Source: Lobosporangium transversale (lineage: Eukaryota). Taken from it: a stretch of 64,000 nucleotides of DNA. Positions 14,114-27,028 of this stretch are shown here, one piece after another. The position numbers and the translations under genes were made by a program. Below the pieces are notes generated by a model that was not told the DNA's origin, ran no database searches, and saw nothing but the letters and a program-made list of their open reading frames with translations. Numbering within the stretch: position 1 is the first letter of the stretch; each line of letters begins with the position of its first letter. The stretch is taken from the NCBI RefSeq assembly GCF_002105155.1, contig NW_019029003.1, positions 434,001 through 498,000 of the forward strand, given 5' to 3'.

Positions 14114-17100
14114 CTATTTCTTTTTGGACATAAAGTCGTAGAATGCTTCCTGACTGACTTCAACACCCCCAATGGCTTTCATGCGTTTCTTGCCCTCTTT
14201 CTATAATGATAGAATATATAGCAATATAAATACAGTCAGATTTCTCTCTCTCTTTTTTTTTTTTTTTTTTTTTTTTAAGCGATGTAGTAAAGTACCTGTT
14301 TGTTCAAGAGCTTCATCTTGCGAGAGACGTCCCCTCCATAACATTTGGCGGTAACGTTCTTGCGTAGTGCACTTAGGCCCTCTCGAGCAATGATCTTATT
14401 TCCAACGGAGGCTTGGATAACAATCTCAAAAAGCTGCCGTGACAATAACCCTTTCAGTCGTTTGACCCAATCGCGTCCAACGACTTCCGCTTGCGAGCGG
14501 TGAAGTATGATCGACAACGCATCAACAGGTTTGGAGTTGAGCACAATGTTCATCTTTTTTTTTTTTTTTTTTTTTTTTTTTGAAAGGTAATGTCAATATA
14601 CTTCAAGAAATATAATGCAGGAGCCATTTCCACGAACACACAAACTTATATATCTTTACCTTGACAAGGTCGGCGTCATCGTATCCATCTTCTTCATAGT
14701 CGAATGATGCGAAGCCACTAGATCGGCCCTTGAGCTCGTCGTGAAAATCTGTAACAACTTCAGCTAATGGTAACCTGTACTTTAAAAGAACTCTACTTTC
14801 ATCCAAATAAGTGTGTTCCAATTGGACTCCTCTTCTGGACTAGGGTAGTAGGAGAAGAGGAGAAGAAAGTACAAAGGTCAGCCGGAGTATCGAGTAAATG
14901 AAAGATAAAGACACTCAGAAGACCTTACTAGTAAATTAAAATAGAAAAAGAAGAAAGGTTTACCCCACATAGGACCATGATGTCTCCTAGATACTCTTGT
15001 GGGAAAATAATAGTGGACCTAACCATAGGTTCTTGCACAGTCTTCACTCTGGCGTTGATTTCATCCATATCGGGAAACTCTGTCGGATTACGAATGAGCT
15101 TGCTTGTGCCATCTCGATACTCAATCTTGTATGGTACTGTGGGAGCAGTGATGATGATGTTGGCATCATACTCCTAAAAAAGGAGAGGGAGCATAGAACC
15201 CATTCTTCCGTTAGAAACCGTCTGATAGAATACAGACAAAGAGGAAAGGAGCGTGATAGCTTTCCAATGTTAATATACCTGTTCTAAGCGCTGTCGAAAC
15301 ACATCCATGTGGAGGGTTCCAAGGAATCCTAGTCTCCAACCTTGGCCCAGAGCTGTACTTGTTTCTTTTTGGACCGCGACAGACGAGTCATTGAGCGTCA
15401 GTTTAGCAATGCTATGATCAAGTTTCTCAAAATCAGCCGTATCTATTGGAAAAATGCCTGCCCAAACCATTGGCTTGGCTGGGATAAAGCCAGGCATTGG
15501 TAAGCCAATGTGCTTATGATCAAAGAACGTGTCCCCTACATGAGATTCGCTCAATGTCTTCATGTTTAGCACAAAGTAGCCAACCTGGCCAGCTTGTCTA
15601 TAATAAACAAGAATGGTAATGGTAATAATAGTTTACTTTAGCAACATTTACGAGCTTGAAAATTAAAAAAAAGACCAGTAACCTTTGGTATGTTTGCATT
15701 ACACGACAGAAGAATGAAATGAAATTTACAGAGAGCTTGTTGGTGTCTGTTCTGGGTACATGATACCGGTTTCTGAGACTTCGTATCGTCTCTCCGAATG
15801 TGCCGACACTATCTTATCGCCTATCGACAGCCGAGCAAGAAATGCATTAATAGCCAGTATATAAATACGAACTATTCATTTTTAGCAGACATACGAAAAT
15901 AACACCAGGGCTTTTTTTTTTTTTTTTTTTTTCCTCACCCTTTTTAACAGTTCCATCAATTACTGCCATCAAACAGATGACACCGACGTATGTATCGTGC
16001 CAAGAGTCGAAAAGAAGCGCTTTGAAAGGCTTGTTGATATCTCCTGATGGTCTTGAAAGCAAAATAAAAATAAAATAAAATGAAAAAACAAACAAAAAGA
16101 GAAATGAGTACATCATCCATCCAATGTCATATTTGACATCCAAAAAAACATATGAAAATGGAAAATGACATACGGTGGAACGTTTTCAATAATCGTAGGC
16201 AAAATTTGATCTACATTCATATTCGACTTTGCAGATATTTGAAGGCAATCGCTGGCAGGCATTTCGAAAGCCACTTCAATCTGTGCGGCCACACGATCCG
16301 GCTCTGCTGCTGGAAGATCAATCTTGAATATCAATTAACAGTAGAGATAGTAGAAGTTAAGAGTTAGGAGCGTTTTTTTTTTTTTTTCTTGATTGGACAA
16401 AAAACAGCATTGCAATAGAATGTTAATAAATACAATATGACTGAGATCTTTGACATACTTTGTTGATTACAGGGATAATCGTGATGTCTTGACCATATGC
16501 GAGGTAAAAATTGGCCACAGTTTGGGCTTGAATACCTTGCGCCGCATCCACGAGAAGGAGTGTGCCTTGACATGCAGCAAGGGAGCGTGACACCTCAAAG
16601 TTGAAGTCCATATGACCCTGATAGTGTATTGTAATATTAAGAGGGTTATTAGCCGACTCAATGGTATTAAAAAAAATGCTTTGCTTGATCCTCTTTTCCA
16701 GGATGTACGTACGGGTGTATCAATAAGATTCAAGAGATACTTCTTGCCTTTGTATTCGTAAAACATTGAGGCGCTCTATCCAAAGGTTGTAAAAAGAGAA
16801 CAGATGAATGTCAATAATTAGGGCACCGTATTGTCGAGCCATTTCCTCTAATTTCCTTTTGGAATATAAAGCCTCCTTTAGGATGTAGGATGAAGTCAAT
16901 ACCTGTGCCTTGACAGTGATACCTCGTTCACGTTCAACCTTCAGCTTATCAAGCACCTGCTTATTATCTTTTCTTTTATTGATAGTGTGAGCCAGCTCTA
17001 ATAGCCTATCGTGTTAGAGCAGGGATGTCAGAGCCTAAAGACGATACGATAGTGTTCCGACACAATGCTATAGTTCAACCTGATTAACTATACCTGTCAG

Positions 17101-17614
17101 CTAATGTGCTCTTGCCATGATCTATGCCATGAGATATGAGATACTATAAGTATCTGGAATGACAAATGCCTCACACCTTCTCTTTTTCATATTGCTATTA
17201 TTGATTTGAAGTCTTTTCGGGGGGCATTTTCATATATAGTTGTGTTGCAGCATACCAACGTGGGCAATGATACTAAAGTTCCTAATCTGATCGACACTAA
17301 AGGACTCCAGCTCCACGGCTCCCGACGACGAGGGCTTCATCTAAATAATTATCAAAGATATCGCTTGTCAAGCTTCAGCCAAGAGATTGTATGCACGCAA
17401 TTGGTTCAAATAAAGTACAAAGTAGGATCCCTACTCTATATCCCACTCCAGGTTCCAGTTTTTGTGAGCCTGCGACACTATCTGTTGATGACGAGAAAGT
17501 TTGTCTATGCCAAATACTTTTAGCCCCTTGAGTCCACCTGTGTAAGTTCCTCGATCCTGAAATAAATCCCGAACTGACATTCCGACAGACATGCTGTCTC
17601 CAAATGGTCAACAT
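14114..17614 (-). CDS. GUF1: Mitochondrial translation factor GUF1 (LepA/EF4), many exons
   Basis: [87 protein letters not shown]. The Arg/Ser-rich N-terminus is consistent with a presequence. Confidence 0.95.
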
Positions 17615-18035
17615 GCTGAGTGATCTCTTTCCGATCGCAACAATATACATGGCAAACAAGGGCTCTATTTTACTATTTAGCCGTTGGAGTCACGTGCTCA
17701 AGCCTTCATTCAGCCATCTTACAAAGAAATGTCATATCTTTATACATATCAAGTATTGAACACTGTTGACTCCTCTAAATGAAAATAATACTAATCAATC
17801 GAAAGTGTTTGAAAATGAAAATGAGACGACATGAAGAGCGGCGCAATTCTATATAGCTGTAAAAACACATTAAAAGTCTCCTATCTCCCGTACTTCAACC
17901 TTTCAGAGCGATTTAATGAAAGTATAAAATAATGATAGTCGATGTTCACGGACAAATGTTCCAAGAAAAAGGAAAAACAAATTAAAAGCGAGCTCATAAA
18001 TGCTTTATGCATTGTCTAGAGAAAAATCCACCAAT

Positions 18036-18816
18036 TTAGATGTCGATATCGCGCACGAAAACATGAAGATGATGTACAGTTGCTACGCTTCGCAACTCTA
18101 TAGGGTTGACAAACCACATCCACTGCTTCCGTTTGCCAGGAGCAGGGGGCAATAGCTCTGGCGCGAGGCCACGTCTTGGTTCTTTTGGCTCCGTTTCTGT
18201 GGATGTAGATGGGTCATGGTACCAGCTATCTAATTGCTCCTCTAGAAACTTGTCCAAACGCTGTCTCTCTGACGGCAAGCTCATATCTCGGGTAGCCCAC
18301 AGGACAAAGTATTGGATTGACTCTTGAACTGGGAAAGGGTAATGATTAATACGAAGAGTCAGTCGCGGTTCAATTGCTTTATACCTATCTTCTATAGTCC
18401 AATGATCTTCTACGTTGGGTACGTTCAATGCTTCAGCTGGGTCTTGCAGATCGGGCCATTTGAGGATGGTGAAGGCGATGTATTCGCCTACATTCTTATA
18501 TTTCGTGCGATCAATCAGTCCCTGCCACTGCTCATACTCGTACTGTCCTTTGTCTGTCCTTCTGAGATCGCTTAATGAATTGGTATCTGTTACAAGAAAA
18601 TCACATGTTAAATACATAAGGAAGATCAGTATCAAGGGAAGTAGTTGATTTACTCATTAAAGTATCTAAGAAATAGCAGAACACTTTTCAGCTTTTCTTA
18701 CCCATGGCACGCTTGATTTGCTCCCAGCTGTATCCTCCCTCTGGGGGCGGGGGTCTATTTGTAAAGTCAACTGAATGAGGGTAATGTTCCTCATCGGCGT
18801 TTGACTCTCGCGTCAT
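18036..18816 (-). CDS. DUF3605-family (HIT-like) protein, 2 exons (18816-18702, 18586-18036)
   Basis: Motifs YSWEQIK, LSDLRR, NHYPF..YFVLW and WFVNPIELRSVATVHHLHVFVR match my recollection of DUF3605; GT-AG intron 18587-18701. Confidence 0.7.
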
Positions 18817-19437
18817 GATTTTTTCTTTTATTGATGGACAGCAACAACCCAGGGCAAACAATCTCATAAAATTATTTAGAGGACAGTCACTTAATGACAT
18901 TTAAGGAAACTTTTATTTCTCTTTTCTTTTTCCATCATTCTCCTTTCCCTGATCTCGTTTGTACGCGAGAAATGAAGAACTTTAGCCAAAGATGATCCGC
19001 CTTTGATGGATTTGATATTAGTTTGACATGAATTGGAGATGCTAGCGAGTAAAAAAATCGGGTTATGATGACCTTCACCTGTGGTATAATGCACAATATC
19101 CGTTTTGTTGCCTCTTTCCTCTAGGACTGCCCTAACTTAACCCTGTTCAGCAAGGCCAATGGGATGTATAGATCATGTCCATAATACAGAAAAAGAGAAT
19201 GTTCAGCATACGTGATTACACCATTATCCATGGGTATTCTTAACAGGTGCCTAGGTTTAGGACGATTTCATCCATGTCTCTAACCACATCTGTTAAAGAA
19301 TCCTGAACCCAACATTATTTTTCCTTTCTTCAAACTTCATATTCAATTACAAAGACACGAACACAGTATTAATGTAGGATACAATCTGTATTTAGACGAG
19401 AAAGAAGGGGGGGAGGGGGGAATGCATAATAGTCACT

Positions 19438-21045
19438 CTAATCAGCAATCTTGCCATCAGGATTGCTTTTATAGAGAGGAAGGCCTGCTGGCTTAATTGA
19501 AATGGCTGCAGGCGCCTTAAGCTCTGCTACTTCGACTATCCCTCCAGATATTGTTGTTGTTGCTGCATTTGAGATCATGTCAGATTTAGTCGAGAGTGAG
19601 GAATTATTTGCTAATGCGAAGTTCTGCTGGGCCTGTTTCGTTTTGCTATAACTGTACAAAAGTCCTGCAATAAAACCGAAGAAGATGCCAAAGACGTTTC
19701 CAGATGTAGCTGGATCGCCTAAGAATAGGATCCCACTGGCTGCGACAGGCAGCTTATTAAGTGCGCCCACCATAGAATATGTGGTGGAGGATGTGCATCG
19801 GACACACCACGCACTACCATATGAAATGAGGAAAGATGAAAGACCTGAAAGTAAAATAGCGGACATGAGGGCTGATCGCACTTCTGGATTGCTATTCATT
19901 CAAGAAAAATGAGAAAAAAAGAATCGTTTTTAGAATCCCAACCATCATTTTTTTATATATATATGAAAAGCTCTGCACTTACAATGTTCTCTCGAATTCG
20001 CCTGATGTCCAGCCTTCGAGACAAAAACTGAGAAGCAGCATTATTGGCATGCTTAATAAATTGTTATAATACACCGTGTCAAAGTCTTTAAAATCAAAGT
20101 ACTTAATTCTTTTGCGCATATAGAGCACATAGCCAGCAGACGAGAAACAGTTCAGTGCCATCCATGCATATCCCGCGTTTAACTCCATGAGATCTGAAGG
20201 ATTCTGAGGCACAAACGAGCTTATGTCAGACCAGCCTGCAATGACTGAGGAAAGGACCTTTTTATATGAGGCACACCAAAATAGAAAATGAGAGACATTA
20301 ATGAATGTTACACATATTTGTGATGTCTCCACAATTATTTGACATGACCTGCCAACTTACTATAAATACAAAACTCAACAGCATCAACGGAGTAACTTTG
20401 CTCCCGAACCAAAGAACCTCACCGTAGGCAATGAGGATAATTGTCAGGTTCTTGAACAAGGTATAAACTGTGATTCGGAGGTACTGGAGACTATTATCGA
20501 CAAAATTATCGAATTATCGTCAAGACATGTCAGTGTGACAAAAATTCAAATCGAACCGATGCTTGACCATCTTAATCATCGTGATTTTATGTGATGAGCG
20601 TCCCGAGCGCGATAAGCAAAGTAATTAGCCTAATTACCTCTTACTACCTGTATAGATCATACACACAAGCCCAAAAGAGATAGGAAACCACTTTTTGGCC
20701 TCATTAGTATCAAACTTTCGATAGGTAATCAGGTCCAATCTCTTGAAGATCAAGAGCATAACCACAGCAGAAAACGCCTATCGATAATCAAAAACAGGTG
20801 ATAGTTGCATATTCAGGTACAGATGTCAGGACATATCATCTTGCATAGCTACACGTATTTCAGAATCTCAAATATTAGGATTGTTGCCTTGCCTGAATTG
20901 CAAGCAGGAAAAAATTCATATTGAAGTTGAATTGAGAAAGGACAGTCTTGTTGGTAACTGTCATGATGATGCTGGACGAGCAATATGCTAAGATACTCAG
21001 CGTTGCCGAGTTGGCAATTATACTTTGGGGAGGTGTTCCTGTCAT
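19438..21045 (-). CDS. VRG4: Golgi GDP-mannose transporter
   Basis: [44 protein letters not shown], signature [16 protein letters not shown]; multi-exon. Confidence 0.93.
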
Positions 21046-21337
21046 GGATGTCTATTTTTTTTTGGCCAAGCTGTAAATGTCTTTATTACAATCTTCACCA
21101 CCGCAATTATATTGAGGGACAGCTATTGCAGAATATTAGGCGAGGATGCAACCAGCAATGAAAGATAGCGAGGGAGTATGTGTGTGTGTGTGTGTGTGTG
21201 AATGAGAATGCCGATGTACGAATGATGTGCTTCAAAGACTAGATTGCATAAGAATAATTGCTTTAATAGTGTTTGAGGACGACAATGGCGAGATGGATGA
21301 GAAAAGATGCAGGAAGGGATCAATAAAAAAGCCTTGC

Positions 21338-24300
21338 TTAATACGGTCGCCAATGATCATGTCCATTATTGCCGCCACTACGACGCTTTGTCTCTTTTAC
21401 TCTCTGCTCTTCCCAACGAGCTATGAGATATTTCAAACAAGCATTTTGGTTGGCCCAGATTAGAATCAAGTATTCCCTCATCAGACAACACTTCAAGAAT
21501 AATAAGAATAGCAAAATAGTAGGAATCCCTCACCTAATTGGCGCCGTCTGGATGCAGATCGTGCTTGATTTCTTAAGAGTTCCTCATCACTTTCACTCAA
21601 GCTATCACTGTCCGTACTGCTCTCAGTTTCACTTCCTGAGCTACCCTCGCTGCTATCACTAGTATTGTCACTCCTGCTGCCACTAACACTAGTTTCGGTA
21701 CCTTCGTCATCTCCTCTCTCACTACTGCTGCTTTCTGTACGGCTGTCTTCGTCAGAGTTACTCCCACTACTGTCGTAGCCGCTAGTGCTACTGTAGTCGT
21801 TATATTCATTGTGATACATGTGCTTATCAGTTGGTGAACCCCTGTTTCTATATCGCATTCGCTTTCTAGGATGGCGTCTATTCAAGCCAGCCTTTTGCAA
21901 TCGCGTCTTGCCATTACTCCTTGAATCCCTAACTGGACGATCATCTCGGCGCTTCCTAATCCCGATCGAGCACTCACTGTCCGATGATATGACAAACGAC
22001 ATCCGCGTCAACGAATTCCTTCGACGATTTCGGTGAAGAGCAATGATTTCGTCATTCTCAACGTCACTGATATGGTTATCTCGCATTATTGAACCTTGCC
22101 TTGGTCCTGCACTCACCGTCTCCATCTGTGAAGGAATAGTACGAATTCCATGATCTAGCAAGGTTACTTCAATGTCCAAGTCGCTTTCAAACATCGCCTC
22201 GGTACTTTTTTTCTCTTCGCCTTTGCCTTCTCCCTTTGGGTGATCAACCTCAGTGCTAGCTTTGAGATCTTCGGAAATAGGGCTGGTAACGGATGTAGGG
22301 CCGGCAACGGATGTAAGGTTGGTAACAAGTGTAGAATTGGTAATGGATGTAGAGCTGGTAATGGATGTAGAGCTGGTAATGGATGTAGGGTTGGCAATGG
22401 GTGTAAGATTGGTAACGGATGTAAGATTGGTAACGGGTATAGGGCTGGCAATGGGTGTAGGGCTGACAACAGGTGTAGGACTAGTAAGGGACCTAGGGGT
22501 TTGCATGAGCTGATCAGGCATAGCTGTTGTTTGCGGTAGAATTGCATTTCTAACATCGGATGAACTGGATAAACCTTCAAGATTTCAAAGTTAGTAACTT
22601 GACGCTCTCTGATGTAAGAGACAATGCTTTTCAAACATCTGTCATAGTGTTTAAGCATACTTGCTTGTGCAACATTTCTTGTCGACTTTCGTTTATTTGA
22701 TGTCTTATTGACAACACTAGGCCTGAACATTCTAGACCTTGTATTGATCGTAGATCCCAAGATTGACGTGTCCTGTAATTGAAATGCTCCTGACTTCAGA
22801 CTCCAATAAAGTTGCACATTAAGCGTTCGTCCCAAGTCTAAATTGATTCAAGAGGTTATTATAAGATATTCGAAGCACGATGAATGGCAATAAAGACGAA
22901 ATCTTTAGTAATAACATAGCTATAAAGTACCAGAGGTTTTCTTCTTTCTTGATGGCCTTTGCACTAGATATTCTCTCAGACGGTTCTATAGAGGAAGTTG
23001 AGACAAAGCACGGTTAATAAAACAGCATTATGTAATCAATTCGTTAGGTCGGTTGAAGAGCATCACATTGATTTATTACTCCAGAGAATCACCTGCCTCA
23101 TTGTCGTTCACTGACAGATCGTGCTTACTCAAATGCTGTATAATTTCGCCTACAAATTCATCAGAAGAGGCACACAAAGAATTGCATATAACTGCCAGGC
23201 ACAGTGGGATTGGACATTGAAATTGATTTGGTTCTGACCAAGCAGAATGTCCAGTAGAAAACTTTCATATACACAAAAGAGAAGATGGATGTTAGTAAGT
23301 ACATTACTGTAGTAAAAGATCAGATCTAGGTAGTTCCATACTTTTGATATAATAAGCCTCTCAAGCTCGCGTTTGAGACCATCGCTTGTTGGTAAAGAGT
23401 TAGAAAAGTGAAGTGGGCAGAAATCAGCTGTACAGGGAGCAGGCAAACGATCGTACACCTCTTGAGTGTGTTCCTAATCGTTATATCATAAATTATGAAC
23501 AGTGAGGTTGGCTATTAGCACATAATTCCTCGTATTTGGGGGGACAAATAGACACGAAGTCTAGACATACGCATGAAGTGTCTGTATCTTCATATTCGTA
23601 GCCTTCTGGAATTTGAGCGATATTTGGTTGGAGTTGGACTGGTATGTTGGTCGAGACATGAGTAGGTTGTGTGCGGAAAAGCGCGAGTTGAGTCTTATAG
23701 GCTGGCTGAAGAAAACGAGCAGCATTTTGTTCCCGAGGCCCATTCCATGACTTGATGACTTCTTGCCATGTAGTTGGTTGAGATTTAGCCTTTTGTTCAG
23801 CCCACTGCCGGTAGAAACCAGTCTTTTTCAGCGTAGGGTCTGCAGAACATAAATCGATCAAACGCTCTCTGTATAAAGTTAGCATCTGACTGACAATTGA
23901 TTGTGGTTGAGATAGAATGAGTGAGATCTACACAGAGGATATAGGGTTAATAACAGGTCAAGCCGAAATATTTTCCGTTACCAAATGCCTAAATCAATTA
24001 CCTCAGGAAGTAAAGTAGATAAGTCGTCGGCAACACGCCTTTCAAAGACCGCATGGATGATCGCGTCTAATGGTTGCCATTAGGATTCATTAATGACATG
24101 GCATAGCTTTTAAAAAAATATTCGTTTTTAGAAGCTTCAATCATATTATTTGTCTTACCTAGATAAGCACATACATTTACTAGTGGTAAAAAATATGGTT
24201 TATATGTTTCATGGATACTCTTCAAGCGAACATTTATTTTAGTTTTTGGTTCATGAAATGTTGTTGCTAGAGATGTAACAAAACAGTAGCGAAAATTTTA

Positions 24301-24945
24301 CCTGGATCTGATACCAACAGACATTTTGAGAAAGAACCCAAAAGACTGGCTTCATAACGTCCATTGGATTATACTCATGTGTCCACTCCACAATATTTTC
24401 AGCTTTGACATAGACTAACTCTGACTTCGAGGGTTCCAGGACTTCCTGACTGCTAATTCCTAACATCCACGTCCCAAGTATCCAGTTTCAATTGTAGATT
24501 TGTCCAAAGCAAATTATAGCACATGGGGTTAGATAATGTGTTGGTCCATAATAACATCGTATAGGCCAGTATTTCAAGTGAGTGTGCATTGCAAATTACC
24601 CTGGGATAGGATTGTCTCTTCAATAGGAACCCAACCTCTCACTTGGAAAGGCCCATTTGTTTTGAGCTTGTCAAGCTCTTGGGGAATTGTGCCGGTTGCA
24701 TGGTCTAAAATCTGGACATTGTATAGCCTGCGATGTGGTAAATCATCCGAATTACTGATTCGTTTCTTGATAGGTTTGTAGACTATTGTATCTTTGACGG
24801 GTGTATCTTTGTCATCCTTGACAGGGTCACTAATGTTCAATCCTATTGATTCCCATTGCTCTGTTGAATCCATGTGCATGACCAGGTCTTGATGAAAGTT
24901 CGCCGCCAATCCAGTCTCTACCTTCCTGACCTGGCTGCTACTCAT
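21338..24945 (-). CDS. Multi-exon hypothetical protein with DNMT1-RFD-like N-terminal domain, Cys/His-containing middle and Ser/acidic tail
   Basis: Consecutive minus-strand ORFs with GT-AG boundaries. ENIVEWTHEY..PVFWVLSQNVCWYQI..YKPYF resembles the replication-foci-targeting (RFD/RFTS) domain. The final exon ends HDHWRPY* at 21338. Confidence 0.55.
22280..22485. repeat. Coding 18-nt tandem repeat (~11 units, consensus like GGTAATGGATGTAGAGCT)
   Basis: Visible period-18 repeat encoding TSITSS/TPIANP-type hexapeptides on the minus strand. Confidence 0.85.
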
Positions 24946-25566
24946 TAGTGCTCCCTGTTTGTACCAGGCTTCCCTGAAAGGAATATAAATAAAAAATAAT
25001 ATTTGGCCTGGGCCGCAAAAAGGATGTACACCATTGTATAGCCCGTTCCATTTGGTCGCGATCCCTTATATTTTTTGAATACTTTTAAATGTATTGGCAG
25101 CCAATTGACTCGCTTGTTATTGCAAGTGGTGTGACTGGTCATTAAAATTAATTTCAGTTTATTTTGTAGTCATAGGCGGGTCCGCCTCACCTAGAAACTA
25201 CCGAGTATAAAAGCCAAAGAAACTTCCTTCTTAATAAAGTCTTCAGTTTTCCCCATATGTCTTATTCTTCACCTGCAGTTCATCTTGCCATTTATCTTTT
25301 TCCCCTTTTCACAACAAGCATTTGTCTTCCGGTAACTCAGTTTGTGAGCTCACCTATAAAGCTCCCATCTTTTGACATTCTATGGTGCTGTTTGTAGTCA
25401 AGGTTATTTGACTCTATTTTCTCTTGTTAATCTTGTTGACACCCTTTGTCCTGCCTTTTCCTGATTGTGTCTATCTTTCTGTCCCTTAAGCAAAGATATT
25501 TTTTACAACAATGCCACCAAACCAATTTATTATGATTAAGATATGTGGGGTCTATATGTTGTCTAA

Positions 25567-25702
25567 ATAGTCCTCCCCATAAAAAAACACCATCTAGACC
25601 AAGCATAGAAATAAAGAGATTAGTCAAGAAAGCACTGTCAAGCTAATACTTGCAACTTTTTCAAGACGAAGGCCTTTCCCGACCTAGTCATGTTTGTAGT
25701 AG
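25567..25702 (-). ncRNA. Candidate omegaRNA scaffold / 3' end of the decayed Fanzor paralog
   Basis: Reverse complement of 25641-25702 is 56/62 identical to 31217-31278. A GC-AG intron-like segment (25653-25594) follows, then a shared block ending GGACTAT (25573-25567). Confidence 0.55.
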
Positions 25703-25879
25703 CTCATGAAAAATTTTAGACAGACAAATAGTAACAAGGGAGCAGAAGTGAGAATAGGATGTGGGTTCACACATCACATCCATGGGGCATTTATCCAAAT
25801 TTGTATCAAAATAAAACTGCAAGTTTGTCTCGGGCACCACACCATGGGCCATAGAGCTGTTAGTATGTCTGTATTATAA

Positions 25880-26615
25880 ATTTTCATGTAGCACGTGTAC
25901 TGTGAAATATGCAACTGATCATATCCTATTGTTGTTGCCGGCTTGGTGTCTTTCCTCCCAACCTATCAGTGAGCATTGGTGCAACGCATATAAGGCACAC
26001 AGGCTGTTGACGAGCCTACTTCTCACCTTCACCGTTTGACGCAGGTCAGGGTTGTGACGGTCTAGCGAAGAAAACGTAAGGGCATTAACAATACCAGGAT
26101 CGCATTAGACGGTAGTTGTGGTATTTGCAAATGAGCATCGCCCTGGCTCATGGAATATGAGTCCAACGTTTTCAAGAAGTTTGGGGCCCCTCTTCCAGCT
26201 TATGTTTGCGTAGTCTTCATCTATCAGGCCTTCACCGGCTGCCTTTAAAACACGCCGTGTTAAGGAATCCTTGAGAAAGTTTCAATTCCTGGCTGAGATC
26301 TTCTTCATCTACGTCAGACTGCTGCTGTCTCTTCGTCTGGACTGTGTCATAGGCAAGTGGATTCAGAACAAGGCCATTGGCAATATCGTTCCTTTGAGTT
26401 TGAACCGAGTTATACCTTTGTCTTGTGCCTGTAGGGGTACCTTGTCTTGATAGCCATGAAACATGCGATCTCCTTCAATGTCACAAAGAGAGCCTGTATC
26501 TAGACCTCTTTTGTTCCCTGTACACATTCAAACACTGCAGCCTTGGAAGGATTGTCGAGAGGATGTCAGTTAGGACGTGTTCAGACAGATACACATACCG
26601 AGGGGGGACGTAAGG
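25880..26615 (-). pseudogene. Decayed Fanzor-like paralog (frameshifts, stops, missing PIN and C-terminal RuvC/ZnF)
   Basis: Minus-strand translation gives PPRYVYLSEHVLTDIL, HGYQDKVPLQ..RFKLKGTI, ANGLVLNPLAYDT and ISWKRGPKLLENV..TTTV*CDPGIVNALTFSSLDRHNPDLRQTVKV. These are colinear with SPRSLCLTEACLLDIL, KGYKDVGLQ..RKLRTSF, TNGLTLTLLAYDT and INWKQRSRLLENV..TIIIGIDPGERYSMTIAKLDPRKPNEREILRI of the neighbouring gene. Confidence 0.85.
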
Positions 26616-26801
26616 AAGTCTGTTTTTTTTTATTTCTTGTTGATTATCATGGCGAAGGCTTGATTTGGTAAATGTTGATGATTGGAGAAGAGCTGTAAAC
26701 AATACTCGAAATCCAAAAAGTTAAAACTTGTCGCTGAGAAACTTATTGTTTCGAGTTGTTCCAAATTCATCAGCCTTTTGTTTCGTTCTCTTTCATACAC
26801 C

Positions 26802-26808
26802 TATAAAT
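26802..26808 (+). promoter_or_regulatory. Possible TATA box of the PIN-Fanzor gene
   Basis: TATAAAT followed by a CT-rich tract ~220 nt upstream of ATG 27029; possible 5'UTR intron 26938-27028 (GTAAAC...TTCTCTAG|ATG). Confidence 0.35.
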
Positions 26809-27028
26809 ACGTCCTGCCTCCTTCTCTTTTTCCCTCTCTCTCTCTCTCTCATTTTACAACGACATTGCTTTCGCGCTCTCACCCGTACTCTTACACCCTC
26901 ATCCCCTCACAGATCATAACTTTTTGCTTTCTTAAAGGTAAACTATCTCTACTCTAACAACTTCAGCTTCAATCTTTAGCCGCTTAAACCAACATTGCTT
27001 GCACTGTTTTACACTATACTTTCTCTAG

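Noticed and set aside
22240..22539. GNGCR-repeat ORF on the + strand / possible CRISPR-like array
   Set aside because: It is the antisense reading of an 18-nt coding tandem repeat with no unique spacers.
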